Below are positions 17,927 through 27,784 of a DNA stretch of 64,000 nucleotides, one piece after another. Numbering within the stretch: the first letter of the stretch is position 1; the number at the start of each line of letters is the position of its first letter. Source of the DNA: a virus (Duplodnaviria > Heunggongvirae > Uroviricota > Caudoviricetes). Location: the IMG/VR virus record IMGVR_UViG_3300012943_000028, positions 176,642-240,641 of that record. One strand, 5' to 3'. Made by a program: the position numbers and the translations under genes. The notes beneath the pieces were generated by a model. It worked only from the letters and a program-made list of their open reading frames with translations. It searched no databases and had not been told where the DNA came from.

Positions 17927-18694
17927 TCACTTGAAGACGACCTTGACCTTCTTGAGCTTGAACAGCTTTGGCTTGGCCTTCGGCTTGGAGACCTTAGCCT
18001 CTGCCACCTTGACTCGCTTTTTAGGAGCGACATCGACGGCCTTGAGAAGACTGCCGTTCAGATCGCTGCGAATGCTAGAGACGATGTCCTTGACCATCTC
18101 TTCACGCGTAGGTACGTTGATCTGCACCTTCGTTGCGGCCTTGGTATCTGCAGGCTTCGTGTCTGCTGGCTTTGCAACAGCTGGCTTACGATCAGCCGCC
18201 TTAGTATCTGCAGGCTTCGTGTCTGCTGGCTTGGAAACCGCGGCGGCTTCCACGACCGGTTCGACGATAGTCTCTACAACTGGCTCTGGCTGAGGTGCAG
18301 GCGCTGGAGCCACTTCAACTTCTGGCATTGGTTCAACTGCTGGAGTTGGCTCAACTGCCGGAGTTGGCTCAACGACTGGCTCTGGCTGAGGTGCGGCAAC
18401 AGTTGGCTCTGCTTCAGGGAGTGGTTCGATTGAAGCAACAGTCTTGAACGGTGTGAACAGACGGTTGTTGAGAACGATCGTGATGCCTACCTTCACCTCA
18501 CCAGCACCAAACACGGCGCCAGGATTATCGACGCGCGCCACCCAGTCATCGCCCTTCTTGACAGCTGCGTAGCTGAGCGAACGTCCGTCCTTCTCTAGTA
18601 CGAGCGCAACCGATGATGGAGCTGACTGGGTACCAGCGATGCCAACCTTGAAGGCAAGCTCAACTGGGTTTGAGTGTGGGAATGAAAGTAGCAT
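17927..18694 (-). CDS. protein with Pro/Glu/Val-rich linker and KPADT repeats, basic C-terminus
   Basis: PEPVVEPTPAVEPTPAVEP and KPADTKPADTKAA x2; 35-nt DNA repeat at 18138-18172 and 18198-18232 with 1 mismatch. Confidence 0.75.
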   Translation of the reverse strand: MLLSFPHSNPVELAFKVGIAGTQSAPSSVALVLEKDGRSLSYAAVKKGDDWVARVDNPGAVFGAGEVKVGITIVLNNRLFTPFKTVASIEPLPEAEPTVAAPQPEPVVEPTPAVEPTPAVEPMPEVEVAPAPAPQPEPVVETIVEPVVEAAAVSKPADTKPADTKAADRKPAVAKPADTKPADTKAATKVQINVPTREEMVKDIVSSIRSDLNGSLLKAVDVAPKKRVKVAEAKVSKPKAKPKLFKLKKVKVVFK

Positions 18695-19338
18695 TAGCCG
18701 TTACGAACCTCAAATACGATCTCAAAATCTGGGCAGTCGTACAGCATGTTTGGTGTGATCTTTCCGTACTTCTTCAACAGCGCCTCAAAGTTAGCGTAGT
18801 TGGTGTTGTAGTTCGGATCGGCCTTCAATGCGTCTCTGATGAGCTCAATGCAGCTCAACTTGTTGTCACGCGCAAAGTCAAACAGCGTGTCATACTTGCT
18901 GCCAACGTAACCTTTGGCTCTGTCCATAACCTTCGTCCATTCTTCCATAGAGAATGTACGAGGCTTTAGCAGGGCGACTGAGCTTGCATTCTTGAACACC
19001 TTACGGAACGAGTTGTACGATACACCATGTCGAGGTGTTGCCTCAACAAGTCTAAAGTCATCGTCGCTCTGAACCTCATCCTCAAGGTTCATCAAGCAGT
19101 GTGCGTAGAAGCCAAACTTGCCAGTCATCCACCAATCGGTCAAACCAACCATCCATGCTGAGAGAAGATTGCTTGAGCGAACGCAGATCAAGTAGTAGTC
19201 CTTGGTCAGCATCTCTCTAATCTTGCTCAGGTCTTCATCTGAAACCGGGTCCTTCTGTTTCCAGCGAATTAGATTGATCAGTCCGACGACCGCAGTGGTG
19301 ATCCAGCCAAGCAGCCTTCTGAAGAAGGACTTGATCAT
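18694..19338 (-). CDS. permuted papain-like NlpC/P60 (YiiX-like) amidase
   Basis: His (FYAHC) precedes Cys (KLSCIELI); VEAT and GSKYDTLFD. Confidence 0.75.
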   Translation of the reverse strand: MIKSFFRRLLGWITTAVVGLINLIRWKQKDPVSDEDLSKIREMLTKDYYLICVRSSNLLSAWMVGLTDWWMTGKFGFYAHCLMNLEDEVQSDDDFRLVEATPRHGVSYNSFRKVFKNASSVALLKPRTFSMEEWTKVMDRAKGYVGSKYDTLFDFARDNKLSCIELIRDALKADPNYNTNYANFEALLKKYGKITPNMLYDCPDFEIVFEVRNG

Positions 19339-19343
19339 GGTAC

Positions 19344-19736
19344 TTACCCCTTAAGGAGCCGAATGTCAGAGATATTTACAGATTCCAGAACGCTGTCGCT
19401 GATCTTCAGGTTGAAGACATTGATCAGTGGGATGAGCGACTCATCACCACGATCGATGGTGTGGAAGTACGTCTGTCCGTTGAACTCAACAGACACTGCA
19501 ATGCTTGGCAGCTCCAGGGTGTTGACATCAACCGTGTTATCCTCACGTTCGTGATCACGACGGAAGATGTTAGGCTGCTGGTAGGCTGGGCCATACGATG
19601 GGTTGACGTGCTGCTGCTGACCACCGCCAACTGCCGTTGGCACAAATGGTGGAAGCACGTTGATGTTGGCCTGTCTGCGGTAAGAGCAGAGGTCATCGAT
19701 CTGCGAGCAGTTGATTGTGCACGCGTTGATGGACAT
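19344..19736 (-). CDS. hypothetical protein
   Basis: TAATG-coupled to the upstream gene; start MSINACT. Confidence 0.65.
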   Translation of the reverse strand: MSINACTINCSQIDDLCSYRRQANINVLPPFVPTAVGGGQQQHVNPSYGPAYQQPNIFRRDHEREDNTVDVNTLELPSIAVSVEFNGQTYFHTIDRGDESLIPLINVFNLKISDSVLESVNISDIRLLKG

Positions 19737-20335
19737 TACTGCTCCACGTCTTCCCATACGACAGCGTTGACTGCCGCAACTGACGTCATAGTGAGAATCG
19801 TTTCCTTGAGAACGTTGAATGTCTGAAGGATGGTAAGCTTGAAGATAGCACCATCATCAAGCACCTGACGGAGCTGAGCATACGAATGCAGGAGGTAGGC
19901 CTTTTCACCAGTGCTTGGATCACGGCTTGCATAGTAGATGGACGTACCGTCAGGATTTCCAGTAGATGGTGACGTAGCAAGAATGCAACCGAGCAGGTTT
20001 GCCTGATCCTCAAGCTCTGCGTCATACCTGCGTGGATATCCGAGAGCGCTCGATACCACGCCGCTTGTGATGTTGTTTCCAGCTGCGATGCTGCACTCAG
20101 CGATCTTTGCAACGATGGCCTCATTCAGCAGACCAGCATCGGTGTCCATCTCTTCATTCGTCATTGCACGAATGTTGTTCTCACCGTAGAAAACCCAGAA
20201 GCGCGGGTTAACGGCTTGACATGCCGCAAAGTCGTCAAACACTGGGTCGACGACGTACTCCTCAGGGTTTTCAAGCGTCTCTATATCGTCGACGCTGTCC
20301 CATGTGAACTTGGTTTTGTGGAAGATGACTGCCAT
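19736..20335 (-). CDS. DUF4376-like fibre assembly/accessory protein
   Basis: SSALGYPRRYDAELEDQANL...HSYAQLRQV...AAVNAVVW pattern; follows a fibre gene. Confidence 0.6.
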   Translation of the reverse strand: MAVIFHKTKFTWDSVDDIETLENPEEYVVDPVFDDFAACQAVNPRFWVFYGENNIRAMTNEEMDTDAGLLNEAIVAKIAECSIAAGNNITSGVVSSALGYPRRYDAELEDQANLLGCILATSPSTGNPDGTSIYYASRDPSTGEKAYLLHSYAQLRQVLDDGAIFKLTILQTFNVLKETILTMTSVAAVNAVVWEDVEQ

Positions 20336-22224
20336 TAGAGTTTCTCAATGACGTGGTAGTTCTTAACCCAGCTGTTGCTGCCAGCCGCACTAAAGCCGAT
20401 AGTAAACGTCAGCGCCTGCGCTGACGCGCTATTGACTGCTGATGTTCCGTTGATGATTGCAAATGAGTTAATTGTTGCTGTGCCCAAATCACCAGCAGTA
20501 CCAGCAAGAACCGCGCCTGTGCCGCCAATTCTAATAGTGCCGTTCAACATCTGCGCGTTGGCGCTGTTGTTTGATGACAAGATTACATCAATGTCCCACG
20601 CGCAGTCAGTGTTGCCAGCGCCTGAAGCTGACGTATCTGACCACAGAACCGTACCACCATACGTAATTGAAAGCGTAACAGTTTTTGCAGTACCGCTCTG
20701 TCTAGCCCATGTTCCGCTTGCTCGAATGCGCAGCAAGTTCGTGGTTCCGAGCGTTCCACCAGGAACTGTGTAAGATAGAAACGTTGTCGGTGATCCCGTT
20801 GTACCAGCAGTTGTGGTCGATGATACTACAGTCTTATCGATGACGCCAACGCGCTGTGCCCATACACCGCCACCAATATACTCTTCATTCTGTCCAAGCG
20901 ACGTGTTATAGCGCTGCATGCCAACTGCGGCTGTTGGGCGCTGCGCTGTAGTACCAGTTGGAATGCGAAGGAACTGTGTGTCAAGCTCCATCGTAGGAGT
21001 GTTTGCGGTGATGAGCGAGTTGCCGTTCGTGTTTGCACCAATGTGCCACGAGAATCCAGACTGGTTACCGCCGGTCCTGCCGCCGTAGGTGCCGCGAGCA
21101 CCGAACGTGCTGACATACAGAGGGTTGGTATAAGTACCAGTTCCGATCGTGTTGAACGAGATATATGGTGGATCATCATCGGCGTCTACTAGACGAAGGT
21201 ACGGCGTGCTTCCATCGTAAGCGTACGAGATGTAGCCACCAGTAGCCGCTGAACCCGAGTTGAAGTAAACAAGCTGACCGTCCTGGTCTGCGTTGCTGGT
21301 TTCAATATAGACAGTAGCAGGACCGGCGGAGTACTGCGCAGCAAGGCCTGAAGCGGTGTATGCCGGGCCAATGCGCAGCTGGTTCGTTGCCGAAGTTCCA
21401 ACAACTGACACGTATGGGTTGGCACCAGAAACAAAGTTGAACGCGTTGCTACCGCCTAGAACGCCAGAGTTGTTGTACTGAACGTTGGTATTTGCGCCAG
21501 CTGGAACAACGTTGATCGTTACGGCGCCAGTGGCGCCAGATACTGAGATGTTGTTACCAGCAACGGCCGACGTTACACCGGTGTTTGTGATTGTTGGGTT
21601 GCCAGCAACACCGTCACCATTGCTTACGCTAATGCCTGTACCTGCTGCAACAGAACGCTGTGCCCAAGTATCTGCGGCTGTACGTACAGCAATGCCTGTT
21701 GATGACAGCGCTTCAAGGGCAGCGAGATCATTTGCAAGGGCAAGCGTGATCGAACCAGACGATGTGATTGGACCACCAGATACGGTGATGCCAGCAGCTG
21801 GCTGAGTGATGTTGACCGACGTGACAGTACCAACACCAGCGCTACCGTTCGAAGCTGCAGTTACACGGCCTTGTGCGTCAACAGTGATGTTAGCGTTCGT
21901 GTATGCACCAGCAGACACACCACTGTTTGGAAGATTTACAGTGATGGTGCCACTTGAGGTGACTGGTGAACCAGAAACAGTGAGGGTCGATGATGAAACA
22001 CTGACAGACGTGACAGTTCCCTGCAGCGCGAGGTTGAGCCATGACGATCCGTCATAACCTTCGATTGCGCTGAGATCAGTGTTAAAGCGAACTGTTCCGC
22101 CCGATGGAGATGCTGGGCGAGCAGAAGTTCCACCTTCTGGGAGCTCAAGACCGGCGTTACCACCGATCGTCAGAATCTGCGTAAGGTCAGGCGTGATAGT
22201 TTCTGTTGTAAAATCGAAATCCAC
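20335..22224 (-). CDS. virion fibre protein
   Basis: S/T/G-rich; SGSPVTSSGTITVNLPNSGVSAGAYTNANITVDAQGRVTAA module; GTTAQRP..RYNT modules. Confidence 0.8.
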   Translation of the reverse strand: MDFDFTTETITPDLTQILTIGGNAGLELPEGGTSARPASPSGGTVRFNTDLSAIEGYDGSSWLNLALQGTVTSVSVSSSTLTVSGSPVTSSGTITVNLPNSGVSAGAYTNANITVDAQGRVTAASNGSAGVGTVTSVNITQPAAGITVSGGPITSSGSITLALANDLAALEALSSTGIAVRTAADTWAQRSVAAGTGISVSNGDGVAGNPTITNTGVTSAVAGNNISVSGATGAVTINVVPAGANTNVQYNNSGVLGGSNAFNFVSGANPYVSVVGTSATNQLRIGPAYTASGLAAQYSAGPATVYIETSNADQDGQLVYFNSGSAATGGYISYAYDGSTPYLRLVDADDDPPYISFNTIGTGTYTNPLYVSTFGARGTYGGRTGGNQSGFSWHIGANTNGNSLITANTPTMELDTQFLRIPTGTTAQRPTAAVGMQRYNTSLGQNEEYIGGGVWAQRVGVIDKTVVSSTTTAGTTGSPTTFLSYTVPGGTLGTTNLLRIRASGTWARQSGTAKTVTLSITYGGTVLWSDTSASGAGNTDCAWDIDVILSSNNSANAQMLNGTIRIGGTGAVLAGTAGDLGTATINSFAIINGTSAVNSASAQALTFTIGFSAAGSNSWVKNYHVIEKL

Positions 22225-22267
22225 TACGCTCTCCGATGAGGGGATGGTTGCCCATCCCCTAGTTCAT

Positions 22268-24712
22268 TTAGTTCGTCACCTCAGCGGTACGAACAGTTGC
22301 GACCCAGCGGATCGTCTTGCTATTCTCACCGGTGACGGCGATACGAAGGTTGCCATTCGTAGTGTCGGCGGTAACCGTTGCATCCCATGCGTTGTTTGTT
22401 TCACCAACAACCGTCTTGGATACTGCACCAACGATGGTGTTGGAACCGGCGGTGCCGTCCTTCTTGATGACGCCGACGAAGCGGTAGCCTGCGCCACCAC
22501 CAGTTGCGTCAGTACGACGTGCGGCGATGAGGATGTCGAACGTTGCGACTGAGTTGTTTGCGAACACCAGGCGCTGCGATCCGCCAGCACCGTCGAGGAA
22601 CAGCTCCGTCTGGGTGTTGTTGGTCGTGATGGCGCGCAGAACGTAGAAACCTTCCTGTGCGTCGCCTGAACCGGTGAAGTAACCGCTTGCGTGAGCAAGG
22701 CCACCCTGGTTCGTCTGAGCTGAACCGGAACCAAGAGCGATTGCGTTGGTACCAGTTGCAGATGGGGAGACAGGCGAAGATGCATTCTCTGCGTAGAGCT
22801 GCAGGCCAGCATTTGCTGGAAGGTCTGCTGCGACAAGCGCGCGGAAGGTTGGAGCTGCTGCACCGCCAGCCGATGGACCAGCAAACACGAGGTTTGCGTT
22901 CTGGTTTGCAAGGGCGAGGGTGAGAGTACCAGTCGTAGTGACTGGCGAACCCGACACGTTGAAGATTGATGGAGCTGCAAGCGCAACGCTCGTTACACCA
23001 GTGTTGGCGATCGTGATCGAACCGGCGCCGTTGGTGACCGAGATACCGGTACCAGCGGTGAGTGCTGCAGCAACTGGCGCGCCACCGGTAGAACCGATGA
23101 GGAGCTGACCGTTGGTTGGAGCTGCAGTGGTCGAAACGAGACCACCCGTACCAGAGTACAGGAAGCTGTTTGCGGTGTTGCCGCTGACGGTGAGTGTCGT
23201 GGTTGCAGTGACGCTGCCTGGAGCAATGAAGGTGCTTGGAACGCTGAGCGTTACAGAACCAGTTGCAGCAGATGCGGTGATCTGGTTAGCAGTACCAGCA
23301 ATTGACGTGACACCAGTGTTGGTGATCGTGACATCACCAGTCGATACGTCGACGCTGATGCCCGTACCAGCAATTGCTGACGTCACACCCTCGTTGTTGA
23401 TCGTGATGGTGCCAGAACCATTCGTGACGCCGATTGCGGTGCCAGCGGTGATGGTTGCAAGCGAGTAGTCAGTGCCGTTACCGATGAGGAGCTGACCGTT
23501 TGTTGGGGCAGCTGAAAGGTTCGTACCACCATTGGCGATAGAAACTGGAGCGTCGAGCGAGAACTCATTGCCGATGAGCTGCAGACCGTTGCCTGCAGTG
23601 TATGAGCCGGCGCCGGCAAACTGAGACCATTCAATGTCATCAGAGCCGATGGTTGAAACTTCGTTGATCTGCGTCCATGCAGTGTTGGCCCACGTAGCGC
23701 CTTCCTCAACGAATGCAGCTGCACCGTTGATCTCGTTGATTGGCGTCGTTGCGTCCATGTCAACAGCACGTACTGCTGCACCTGAAGCCTGAACGATGTA
23801 GATGCCGTTCTCAGTTGCAACTGCCTGGTCCTTGACGAGGACACGATCACCAGTTGCGAGCGTTACGCCATCAATGGTGTCGCCATCTTCAAGATCGCTT
23901 ACGAGGCTGATGCTTACGGTCGTTGCTACACGTACGGCCTGCTTCCATGAGAGACCGTTTGCAACGGCGTCGACGTAGCCCTTGTTGGCGACATCGTCGT
24001 CGTTGACTGGATCAGGGATGCCGTTGATCGTTGCGCCACCAGTGAAGGTAAGGTCGCCCGACATTGAATCGCCAGTTACGTTGACGTAGGTACCGTCGAC
24101 GAGCGTGGTGATGTCACCGGCAACGACGGCTGAGGTTGCCGTTACACGGCCCTTGGCGTCAGTCGTGATCTTGACGAATGAGTTAGAAACTGGGGTGCCA
24201 GCGTTGACGAGGTCAATCGTTGGATTGCCAGCAACGCCGTTGCCGTTCGTGACGCTGATGTTGCCAGCGGTGCCAACGATTGTGCGGTCGACGAAAGTGT
24301 CGACGCCAGTCTGAACAACGATGCCCGTGCCTGCACCTGCAGCGAGGGCCGATAGGGCCTCGAGACCTGCTGAGAGGTCAACGGTGAGGGTACCAGTGTT
24401 GGTGATTGGACCACCACCAACGCTGAGACCTGCTGAAGAGGTGCTGATGTCGACGCTGGTTACCGAACCAGAAGAAGTAGAGAGCGTTTCCCAGGTGGTA
24501 CCGTTGAAGTACTCGAGCAGAGTCGTCTGCGAGTTCCAGCGGAACATACCACCAACGCCAGTTGGGCGTTCAGCGGTCGTACCCTGAAGGAGCGTAAGAG
24601 CTCCGGTACCTACGAGGGTAAGAACACCAGCAACACCGCCAAGTGGTGGGGTGGTGGTGCAATCGATAGTTTGGATGGTATCGATTAGGCCAGTGTCGAA
24701 ATTGAAATTCAT
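22268..24712 (-). CDS. virion fibre protein
   Basis: GTTAERP N-module; ANKGYVD..VRVATT..GDRVLVKDQ..ENGIY module; paralogous C-terminal domain ending TIRWVATVRTAEVTN. Confidence 0.8.
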   Translation of the reverse strand: MNFNFDTGLIDTIQTIDCTTTPPLGGVAGVLTLVGTGALTLLQGTTAERPTGVGGMFRWNSQTTLLEYFNGTTWETLSTSSGSVTSVDISTSSAGLSVGGGPITNTGTLTVDLSAGLEALSALAAGAGTGIVVQTGVDTFVDRTIVGTAGNISVTNGNGVAGNPTIDLVNAGTPVSNSFVKITTDAKGRVTATSAVVAGDITTLVDGTYVNVTGDSMSGDLTFTGGATINGIPDPVNDDDVANKGYVDAVANGLSWKQAVRVATTVSISLVSDLEDGDTIDGVTLATGDRVLVKDQAVATENGIYIVQASGAAVRAVDMDATTPINEINGAAAFVEEGATWANTAWTQINEVSTIGSDDIEWSQFAGAGSYTAGNGLQLIGNEFSLDAPVSIANGGTNLSAAPTNGQLLIGNGTDYSLATITAGTAIGVTNGSGTITINNEGVTSAIAGTGISVDVSTGDVTITNTGVTSIAGTANQITASAATGSVTLSVPSTFIAPGSVTATTTLTVSGNTANSFLYSGTGGLVSTTAAPTNGQLLIGSTGGAPVAAALTAGTGISVTNGAGSITIANTGVTSVALAAPSIFNVSGSPVTTTGTLTLALANQNANLVFAGPSAGGAAAPTFRALVAADLPANAGLQLYAENASSPVSPSATGTNAIALGSGSAQTNQGGLAHASGYFTGSGDAQEGFYVLRAITTNNTQTELFLDGAGGSQRLVFANNSVATFDILIAARRTDATGGGAGYRFVGVIKKDGTAGSNTIVGAVSKTVVGETNNAWDATVTADTTNGNLRIAVTGENSKTIRWVATVRTAEVTN

Positions 24713-24794
24713 TGCTGCTCCCTGACTACCGTGTCAGTCTAGATGCCCGTATTTATGGATGTGGGCCTGAAATGACAGGCGCTGGGATGCGATT

Positions 24795-26024
24795 TTAGTT
24801 AGTGATTTCAACAGTCTCTACGACGGCCAGCCAACGAATAGTCTTGCTGTTCTGGCCCGTAACTGTGAACTTCAGAGCGCCGGTGGCAGTATCTGCAGTC
24901 GCCGTTACGTTCCAGGAAGTGTTGCTACGGCCGATAACCTGTGAGGATACCTTGCCCTGGATTGCAACGGTGCCTGCACCTGCTCCACGGTAGATGACAC
25001 CCTTCAGCTCCCATCCGCCATGACCATCGCTTGCATCTTGACGGTGTGCAGTGACAACCGCCCTGAACGTCCAAGTTGAATCATCTGGAAGTGCTAGTGG
25101 CAGTGAACCACCAGGACCATCTAGAAATAGAACCGTCGGTGAGTTGTTGATGGTTGATGCACGGAGAGCGTAGTGGCCCTGCTGAGCATCACCTGTCGTT
25201 GAGAACCGGCCTGTAGCCCACGCCTGCTGTCCACGAAGACGTGTGAGCGACTGCGGACCGAGTGCGATAGAATCCTGAGCCTGTGCGGCAGAAGCCTGAC
25301 CGATGGCGACAGCGTTATCGCCAGTTGCGGATGGTGCAGATGGAGAAACAGGGTTCTCAGCGTACAGTTCAAGTGAGCTGCCACCACCACCGCCAGACGA
25401 TGAGATGGTGATAGAACCGATACCATGAACGATTGAGACGTTTGAACCAGCAACAATGCTCTTGTACTCAAGAGCGTTGCCGGCCGCATTCATTCCAAGA
25501 ATCTGATTTGCAGTTCCAAGATCAAGTGAGATCGTAGGATTGCCCGCAATGCCATCGCCGTTCGTAACGTTGATGAATGGGTTGCTTGAAACGATTGAAC
25601 GAACTGCGCTCGTCGTTGGGCTTGTAATGACGTAGATGCCGCTGCCAGCAATTGAGTTGAGGGCGCTGACTGAACCACCGTCTTGACCGCCGTAGATGAA
25701 TGACTGGTGAACAGTTGCTGCTGTCATGCGATGGTCAACAAGCGTATCGCCTGCTGGCCATGCCAATGCGGTCGTATCTTCTTGCGCGCGAACGAGGCCG
25801 GTGAACGTATCACCAGTGCGACCCATTACCTTGATGATTTCACGCGCTACTGGAGCGTTGACATCTTCAAGAGTGATGAGGAAGAACTCGCCTGGGTTTG
25901 TTGGCTGCGGGAACTTTGCGCCAAGGCCGGGCTGAACTGTAAGCGTTGTATCGCTTGCTCCAATGCTGTTCTGCAGCAGGGAGATAGCGTTGTTAGACCA
26001 GAGTTGGAGAATTACCTGGCTCAT
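24795..26024 (-). CDS. virion fibre/tail protein
   Basis: SNNAISLL..TLTV..FP..EIIKVMGRTGD..RAQEDT tail N-terminus; C-terminal domain paralogous to 22268..24712. Confidence 0.78.
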   Translation of the reverse strand: MSQVILQLWSNNAISLLQNSIGASDTTLTVQPGLGAKFPQPTNPGEFFLITLEDVNAPVAREIIKVMGRTGDTFTGLVRAQEDTTALAWPAGDTLVDHRMTAATVHQSFIYGGQDGGSVSALNSIAGSGIYVITSPTTSAVRSIVSSNPFINVTNGDGIAGNPTISLDLGTANQILGMNAAGNALEYKSIVAGSNVSIVHGIGSITISSSGGGGGSSLELYAENPVSPSAPSATGDNAVAIGQASAAQAQDSIALGPQSLTRLRGQQAWATGRFSTTGDAQQGHYALRASTINNSPTVLFLDGPGGSLPLALPDDSTWTFRAVVTAHRQDASDGHGGWELKGVIYRGAGAGTVAIQGKVSSQVIGRSNTSWNVTATADTATGALKFTVTGQNSKTIRWLAVVETVEITN

Positions 26025-26718
26025 TCGATTGTGCCTCCGAAGACGGCAACAATCTCAGCGAGTTGAGCCTTGGTTGAAGGCTGCTTCTCTTCAGCTGAAG
26101 CTTCAAAGTCAGCGGCCTTCTCTGCAGGAATTACGCACGTGGCACGTCCGATGCCAAGCTCCGCCTCGTACACTTGGTACTTCTTTTTAGGCGGTGCCTT
26201 CTTATCTGCTTCGAGGCCCGTGATGAAGTCGTAGCGCTTCTTCGTCATTGTGGTTTCTTACTTCAGAATTGCTACCACAAGGGCGATTACCGAAACGATA
26301 ACGGCGATCGTTGAAGAGCTAAGGTGGAGCTTATGCTTAAGCTCTGCTGAGCCGAGGCGCTTTTCAGCGGCCTTAACTTTTTCCTTGAGCTCGCCGATGA
26401 CCTCATTCTTGAGTGCTTCGAGGTCGGCCGTCGTTACGATGTCATGTCCAAGCAGCTTCATTATCCGCTCCAATAAAGTATGCGTGAGCGCCTAAGAGCT
26501 CACGGATGAGAAAATGCCAAATGAATTCAGACCTGGTCGTCTAGATCGTCCAGCTCTTCGTCTAGCAGCTCTTCTTCCAGCTCCTGCATGTAGCGCTTGA
26601 AATTGATGCGTGCGTTACGGCTGTCACGTGCATCTTCTGAGAAACCGCGTGAGCGGTGCTTCTTCTTGTCGATCTTGCGAGGCTGGTGGTGATCGCCACT
26701 ATAATCCTGGTTGGCCAT
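26021..26718 (-). CDS. three small genes (26021-26248, 26258-26473 with C-terminal TM helix, 26527-26718 basic then acidic)
   Basis: ORF track; TAAATA at 26750-26755 precedes the first. Confidence 0.65.
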
Positions 26719-26759
26719 TTTCTCCTGTCCTAAACAAATAGGGCCTACGTATTTATGCC

Positions 26760-27293
26760 CTAGGGGAGTCGGAAGGTGTTCAAATCGTACTTGTGGGCAC
26801 GTAGATTCGGCACGTAGGTGCCCAGCCGGATTCCAACGGTCCTGTAAGCTAATTTCCAGTCATCTTCTAGGCCGGGGATGCTGTCTATCGTGTACTTGAG
26901 CTTGGTGTTCTCTTCCGCCGAGGTATAGTGAACCTGACGGTATTCGTCTACGATGGCCTTGATGGCCACTGGGTCGACTGACATGGTAGAAGACACGTGC
27001 TTCAGGCATTCGTCTCCACCTTTCTGGCGGCCCATAAAGTGCTCGTTCGTCTTCTTAGAATGCCCATTCTTGATGCGCAGCTGCACACACTCAGCGCTAA
27101 TGAGCCCTGAATGGAGCGGTGTCATCTCATAGAGGAGGGTGCCAATGATGCGGGCGTACGTGTTGAGAACGACATGCTCGTCCATCCGCCCATCGTGCTC
27201 TCTTAGATAAGACCAGCACGCATCTAGGATTCTTCCAAATCGAATGTCATCGGCACGGCTATCGTAGTAGCCTGTTTTTCTTTTTGGTGCCAT
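26760..27293 (-). CDS. hypothetical protein
   Basis: 177-aa ORF; NEHF and HYTSAEEN are weakly reminiscent of a His-Me nuclease but are not assigned. Confidence 0.65.
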   Translation of the reverse strand: MAPKRKTGYYDSRADDIRFGRILDACWSYLREHDGRMDEHVVLNTYARIIGTLLYEMTPLHSGLISAECVQLRIKNGHSKKTNEHFMGRQKGGDECLKHVSSTMSVDPVAIKAIVDEYRQVHYTSAEENTKLKYTIDSIPGLEDDWKLAYRTVGIRLGTYVPNLRAHKYDLNTFRLP

Positions 27294-27322
27294 GCCGTAT
27301 CTATAGGCACAGCAACCTACCT

Positions 27323-27784
27323 TTACTCAAGAAGCCAGAGCGTTCTCGTTACGTCTTGGTAGTTCTCGAAGGCTGAGTCAATGATGTCAGAGATGACTGC
27401 CCAGTCTCCACCACCAAGGCCAGCGCCGATGAGCGGGTAGTGCACCTGCAGATTCGAAGAACGGGACAGCTCGGCGATCTGAGTGAAGCACTTGTGCACT
27501 GCCTTGTAGTTGACGTAGCGTGTGCCTTCGGTCCTTCCGAAGTTGTCTTGCGTGATGGCGTTGATGATGTAGAGGTTCCACTTTACCTCGTGCACGATGA
27601 TCTTGCCGAGCCGCTCTTCGTGCGGTGTCTCAAGCACAACTGCTTGATAATCGTGGAATGCGCCAGGATATTTGTTCTTGACGGCAAGAGCAACACCGCT
27701 GCCCATCACGCCCTGTGCGTTGCAGCCATGGACAATGAGGCCGGCTTCTGCCGTCAGCATGTCACCAAACTTAACGAGCTTCAT
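27323..27784 (-). CDS. Macro domain protein (ADP-ribose hydrolase)
   Basis: LIVHGCNAQGVMGSGVALAVKNKYP, IINAITQ, YPLIGAGLGGGDW. Confidence 0.92.
   Translation of the reverse strand: MKLVKFGDMLTAEAGLIVHGCNAQGVMGSGVALAVKNKYPGAFHDYQAVVLETPHEERLGKIIVHEVKWNLYIINAITQDNFGRTEGTRYVNYKAVHKCFTQIAELSRSSNLQVHYPLIGAGLGGGDWAVISDIIDSAFENYQDVTRTLWLLE

Noticed and set aside
26760-27293. His-Me/HNH nuclease that could be the missing partner of DUF262
   Set aside because: Only a weak EH..N resemblance, 10 kb away from DUF262; needs a structure search.
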